A DNA stretch of 29,782 nucleotides from a virus (Duplodnaviria; Caudoviricetes): positions 1 through 29,782 of IMG/VR virus record IMGVR_UViG_3300016484_000161, one strand, 5' to 3'. This document shows positions 27,271-29,782 of this stretch, piece by piece (the first letter of the stretch is position 1; each line of letters opens with the position of its first letter). The notes under the pieces were generated by a model. The model saw nothing but the letters and a program-made list of their open reading frames with translations, did no database searches and was not told the DNA's origin. The position numbers and the translations under genes were made by a program.

Positions 27271-27298
27271 ATAGTACCACAAAGTTGGAACGTGTCAA
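27271..27298 (-). promoter_or_regulatory. Sigma70-type promoter with extended -10
   Basis: Minus strand TTGACA-16 nt-TACTAT preceded by TGTGG; lies in the intergenic gap right after the helicase stop and points at the 27227 gene. Confidence 0.75.
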
Positions 27299-27300
27299 GT

Positions 27301-28887
27301 CTATCCTTCAAGTACCTCTTTGTACAGACTTAGCAGGTCGTCCTGATTGTCCACGTTGCTTTGAAGTTGTTTGTACCGCTTGGCCTCGACGGGGCTTCCG
27401 ACCAGATGGTAGATGGTGCAGGGGTTCTTCTGACCGTTTCGGTGTACCCGATCGTTCGCCTGTAGGTAGGTCTCCGCGCTCAGCGTGGGGCTGAACCAGA
27501 TCACCGTGTCGGCACGGTGCAGAGTGATGCCGTGAGATGCCGCCCTTGGCTGAATGACCAGAACCTTGGGGTCGTTTGTTTTCTGGAAGCGTTCGATGAT
27601 CTCGGCACGCTTGTTGCCAGACGTACCTCCCCCGATGCAGTCATAGGTCACACCCTCGCTCCTGAGCCTCTCTGTAATTACTTGGACGGAGTGCTTGAAT
27701 GTGGCGAAGATCAGCACCTTGTGTGATGACCCATGGACGATACTCATCGTCTCGTCTAGCCGACTCTTGGCGTCGAATGTCACCACGCTACCGTCACTCA
27801 TGTAGCAGGACCCAGAAGCAATCTGAAGGAGTTTATTGAGCAGGACTCCGGCATTGACGGCGGTCACTTCCCCTGACGCTAGGCTCAGGATGTTTTCTCT
27901 ACGCATCTTCTCGTAGTACATACCTTGCTCCTTGGTCATCTCCACTTCGAGTGTGACGTAGGTTCTCTCAGGTAGGTCTAGGCATTGCTCCTTGGTGAAC
28001 CGAATGGCCGGCTGAAGGATACCGCGAACCATTGCCGTAGCCTCTGGCTTTGGAATCCACTTGAAGGTGCTGACCTTATCCATGATCATGGTTTTGAATG
28101 CCGTGACAGACTTCGGCACAGTCTCGGATCGACATATCCTCGCAATGCCATAGGCATCCATCGGGGACTGAGCAATCGGCGTCCCGGTCATCATCCATAC
28201 CCATGTGTCTGGCCCCACCAGAGAACGAATGGCCTTGGCCCTGTGCGTATTGTCGTTCTTCACGTAGGTCGCCTCGTCGCAGATGATGAGGTCGAACCCA
28301 CCCGTCTGGAGTTCTCTTTTCATCGTGACAACGGCATCGTAGTTGATGACCACGTATTTGGCGCCGGACCCGATGACCTTTTGGCGTTGCTCTCTGGAGC
28401 CGATAGCCACGTCGGTATGCACACCCATGAGGATCTGGCTCATGTCGTTGAGCCACGCGGCCTTGACTACCGATAGGGGGCAAATGACGAGCACTCGGTT
28501 GATCTTCTTGTTCTGGAGCAACCAATGACTTGCCCAGATAGCAGACGCAGTTTTGCCTGTGCCCTGCTCGTTGAACAGATAACACCTTCTGTGCATGGTC
28601 AGGAACTCAGCGGTTGTCCGCTGATGGTCCATCGGTTGGTAGGTCCCGGGCCAACTGTAATTTCTCAGGATCGGTGAGGGGGTTTCCGTGGAGTGGAATC
28701 CCAGATTTCTAAGAACTCTTGTGTTGTCCAATGTCCAGCGTACTGCAACGCCGTCTTCTGTTCTAAAGGCTTGGTCCTGAAATATTCTCAGGACCTCGCT
28801 AATCTTCTCTGGTTCGCCCTTAACGACTAGGGCTTTGTTGTGCAGTATATTAGGCTTTGAATACGCGCTTCCCTCTTGAGCCAGCAT
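27301..28887 (-). CDS. SNF2-family (SF2) helicase
   Basis: NEQGTGKT (I), VICPLS (Ia), ICDEAT (II), MTGTP (III), GITLHRA (V), QANDRVHRNGQ (VI). Confidence 0.92.
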   Translation of the reverse strand: MLAQEGSAYSKPNILHNKALVVKGEPEKISEVLRIFQDQAFRTEDGVAVRWTLDNTRVLRNLGFHSTETPSPILRNYSWPGTYQPMDHQRTTAEFLTMHRRCYLFNEQGTGKTASAIWASHWLLQNKKINRVLVICPLSVVKAAWLNDMSQILMGVHTDVAIGSREQRQKVIGSGAKYVVINYDAVVTMKRELQTGGFDLIICDEATYVKNDNTHRAKAIRSLVGPDTWVWMMTGTPIAQSPMDAYGIARICRSETVPKSVTAFKTMIMDKVSTFKWIPKPEATAMVRGILQPAIRFTKEQCLDLPERTYVTLEVEMTKEQGMYYEKMRRENILSLASGEVTAVNAGVLLNKLLQIASGSCYMSDGSVVTFDAKSRLDETMSIVHGSSHKVLIFATFKHSVQVITERLRSEGVTYDCIGGGTSGNKRAEIIERFQKTNDPKVLVIQPRAASHGITLHRADTVIWFSPTLSAETYLQANDRVHRNGQKNPCTIYHLVGSPVEAKRYKQLQSNVDNQDDLLSLYKEVLEG

Positions 28888-29152
28888 CTACTTTACTCTT
28901 GGGTTTGTGGTTTGACTTACGAGCATAGGATCTGTTTGTCTTAGAGTCTTCCAAGAAAAACCCACCCTTATTGCTACCTCCTTCAGACAGCGCGCTGACG
29001 TGAGCCACGTCCTTACCCTTACGGTTAACGCCCTTCTTATCGAGGGCGCGTCTAGCGCGTTGTCTTTCCATCCGGGCTTCATGAGCACCGGGTCTTTTCT
29101 TTTCTAAAGCCGTTTCGTGTGCGTAGTTACGCTTCGATGCGGGTATAGGCAT
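28850..29152 (-). CDS. Small basic HNH/HNN-like protein
   Basis: RARR...GKDVAH...LSEGGSN...NRS resembles the DVDH..LSKGG.N...NRS phage HNH pattern; TAATG-coupled start; 38-nt overlap with the helicase. Confidence 0.6.
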   Translation of the reverse strand: MPIPASKRNYAHETALEKKRPGAHEARMERQRARRALDKKGVNRKGKDVAHVSALSEGGSNKGGFFLEDSKTNRSYARKSNHKPKSKVDAGSRGKRVFKA

Positions 29153-29782
29153 TATCGTCTACCTCCGTGATGAGGGCAAGAAGAAACTGCACACCATGCT
29201 TTGCACAGTCCATTGGGGTTCGGGTTAAAGACCCCAGTATCATACGACTGGCTACGTTGCTCAAGATGTGGGTACAACTTGCCGAATACAGCAAGTGCCT
29301 GATCTCTCTCGTACTGGGACCGAATGAACCAATCATCCTCTGTCATGCCCTCGCGGTCAATCAGAACCACAAAGATGAGAGCGGCATAGATTTTCTTGAT
29401 CTGGGGGTACTTGATGAAGATGGCCGCGGCCATGAGGTCGAGCTGAGTGGTGTCGGCGTACCGGGAGGACTTACCCGTCTTGTAGTCAACGATGTAGGCT
29501 TTGTCTCCGCACAGAATCACAAGGTCAGCCACGCCCCGGAACCAAACTTCCTTATCGAAGAACTCACAGGCCACGTAGCGGTCGCCTTCTTTCTTGAGCC
29601 CAAGCTTCATTTCGCAATGAAAGACTCCGGGCTTGGACGCCAGCTTGTCCAGAATAGGAAGCATGAACCCAAAGCGTGGATCCAGAGGCTTCCCGTCCCG
29701 AATGTATTCCTCCGCGGCCAGATGCAGTTCCGTGCCGTACCGTTGCGCTTCCGACTCGGTGTAGGGAATTTCTTTTGAAACC
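29152..29782 (-). CDS. PD-(D/E)XK (RecB/Cas4-like) exonuclease; 5' truncated
   Basis: Frame is open to the window edge (VSKEIPYTESEAQRYGTELHLAAEEYIRDG...). RGVADL, IVDYKTGK, QL and C-terminal CxxxCxxxxC. Confidence 0.88.
   Translation of the reverse strand, partial: VSKEIPYTESEAQRYGTELHLAAEEYIRDGKPLDPRFGFMLPILDKLASKPGVFHCEMKLGLKKEGDRYVACEFFDKEVWFRGVADLVILCGDKAYIVDYKTGKSSRYADTTQLDLMAAAIFIKYPQIKKIYAALIFVVLIDREGMTEDDWFIRSQYERDQALAVFGKLYPHLEQRSQSYDTGVFNPNPNGLCKAWCAVSSCPHHGGRR

Larger units (their letters stand above)
1..29782. mobile_element. Segment of a tailed phage (Caudoviricetes) genome, probably podovirus-like; virion module on +, replication module on -
   Basis: Dense, translationally coupled genes (ATGA, GTGA and TAATG overlaps) in two convergent blocks. 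Tail fibre, lysis, transglycosylase, primase-helicase, SNF2 helicase and nuclease genes are present. No host housekeeping genes, integrase or att site seen, so prophage versus free phage cannot be determined. Confidence 0.96.

Noticed and set aside
25554-27311. Longer ORF-track starts (25577, 26609, 27311; also 2145 and 3818)
   Set aside because: Downstream ATGs have SD sequences or coupling and avoid overlap with neighbouring genes, hairpins or the promoter.
29167-29778. 203-aa + strand ORF
   Set aside because: Antisense shadow of the well-supported PD-(D/E)XK nuclease.
29152-29782. Cas4-like nuclease as a sign of a CRISPR system
   Set aside because: No repeat-spacer array or other cas genes seen; such nucleases are routine in phage replication modules.

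Overview
The whole window is a segment of a tailed dsDNA phage genome, most likely podovirus-like: it has a tail nozzle and ejection proteins, and no tape-measure gene was recognised. The + strand (1-22587) is a tightly coupled virion module. It holds a LamG tail fibre with chaperone, M15 endolysin and holin, repeat and beta-propeller tail proteins with a second chaperone, and a nozzle-like protein. Next come Gly/Ala/Gln-rich internal (ejection) proteins interleaved with a cupin and a GNAT-like gene, and a 2171-aa polyvalent virion protein (lytic transglycosylase, HTH-like motifs, zincin-like motif, LPD38-like C-terminus). The - strand (22575-29782) is a replication module: PD-(D/E)XK nuclease, HNH-like protein, SNF2 helicase, a sigma70 promoter, a coiled-coil protein, an HTH protein, an SSB-like protein and a primase-helicase. 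Five observations stand out. (1) A 53-aa gene with its own Shine-Dalgarno is nested out of frame inside the giant virion gene. (2) A TTAGAC-N1-2-GTCTAA palindrome occurs three times, twice as an exact 20-bp repeat. (3) A hairpin spans the 13-nt overlap of the convergent genes. (4) One ejection protein has an 11-residue Gln/Asn array. (5) A short xxxGG motif is shared by consecutive internal virion proteins. All family calls come from motif recognition by eye; no database searches were run.
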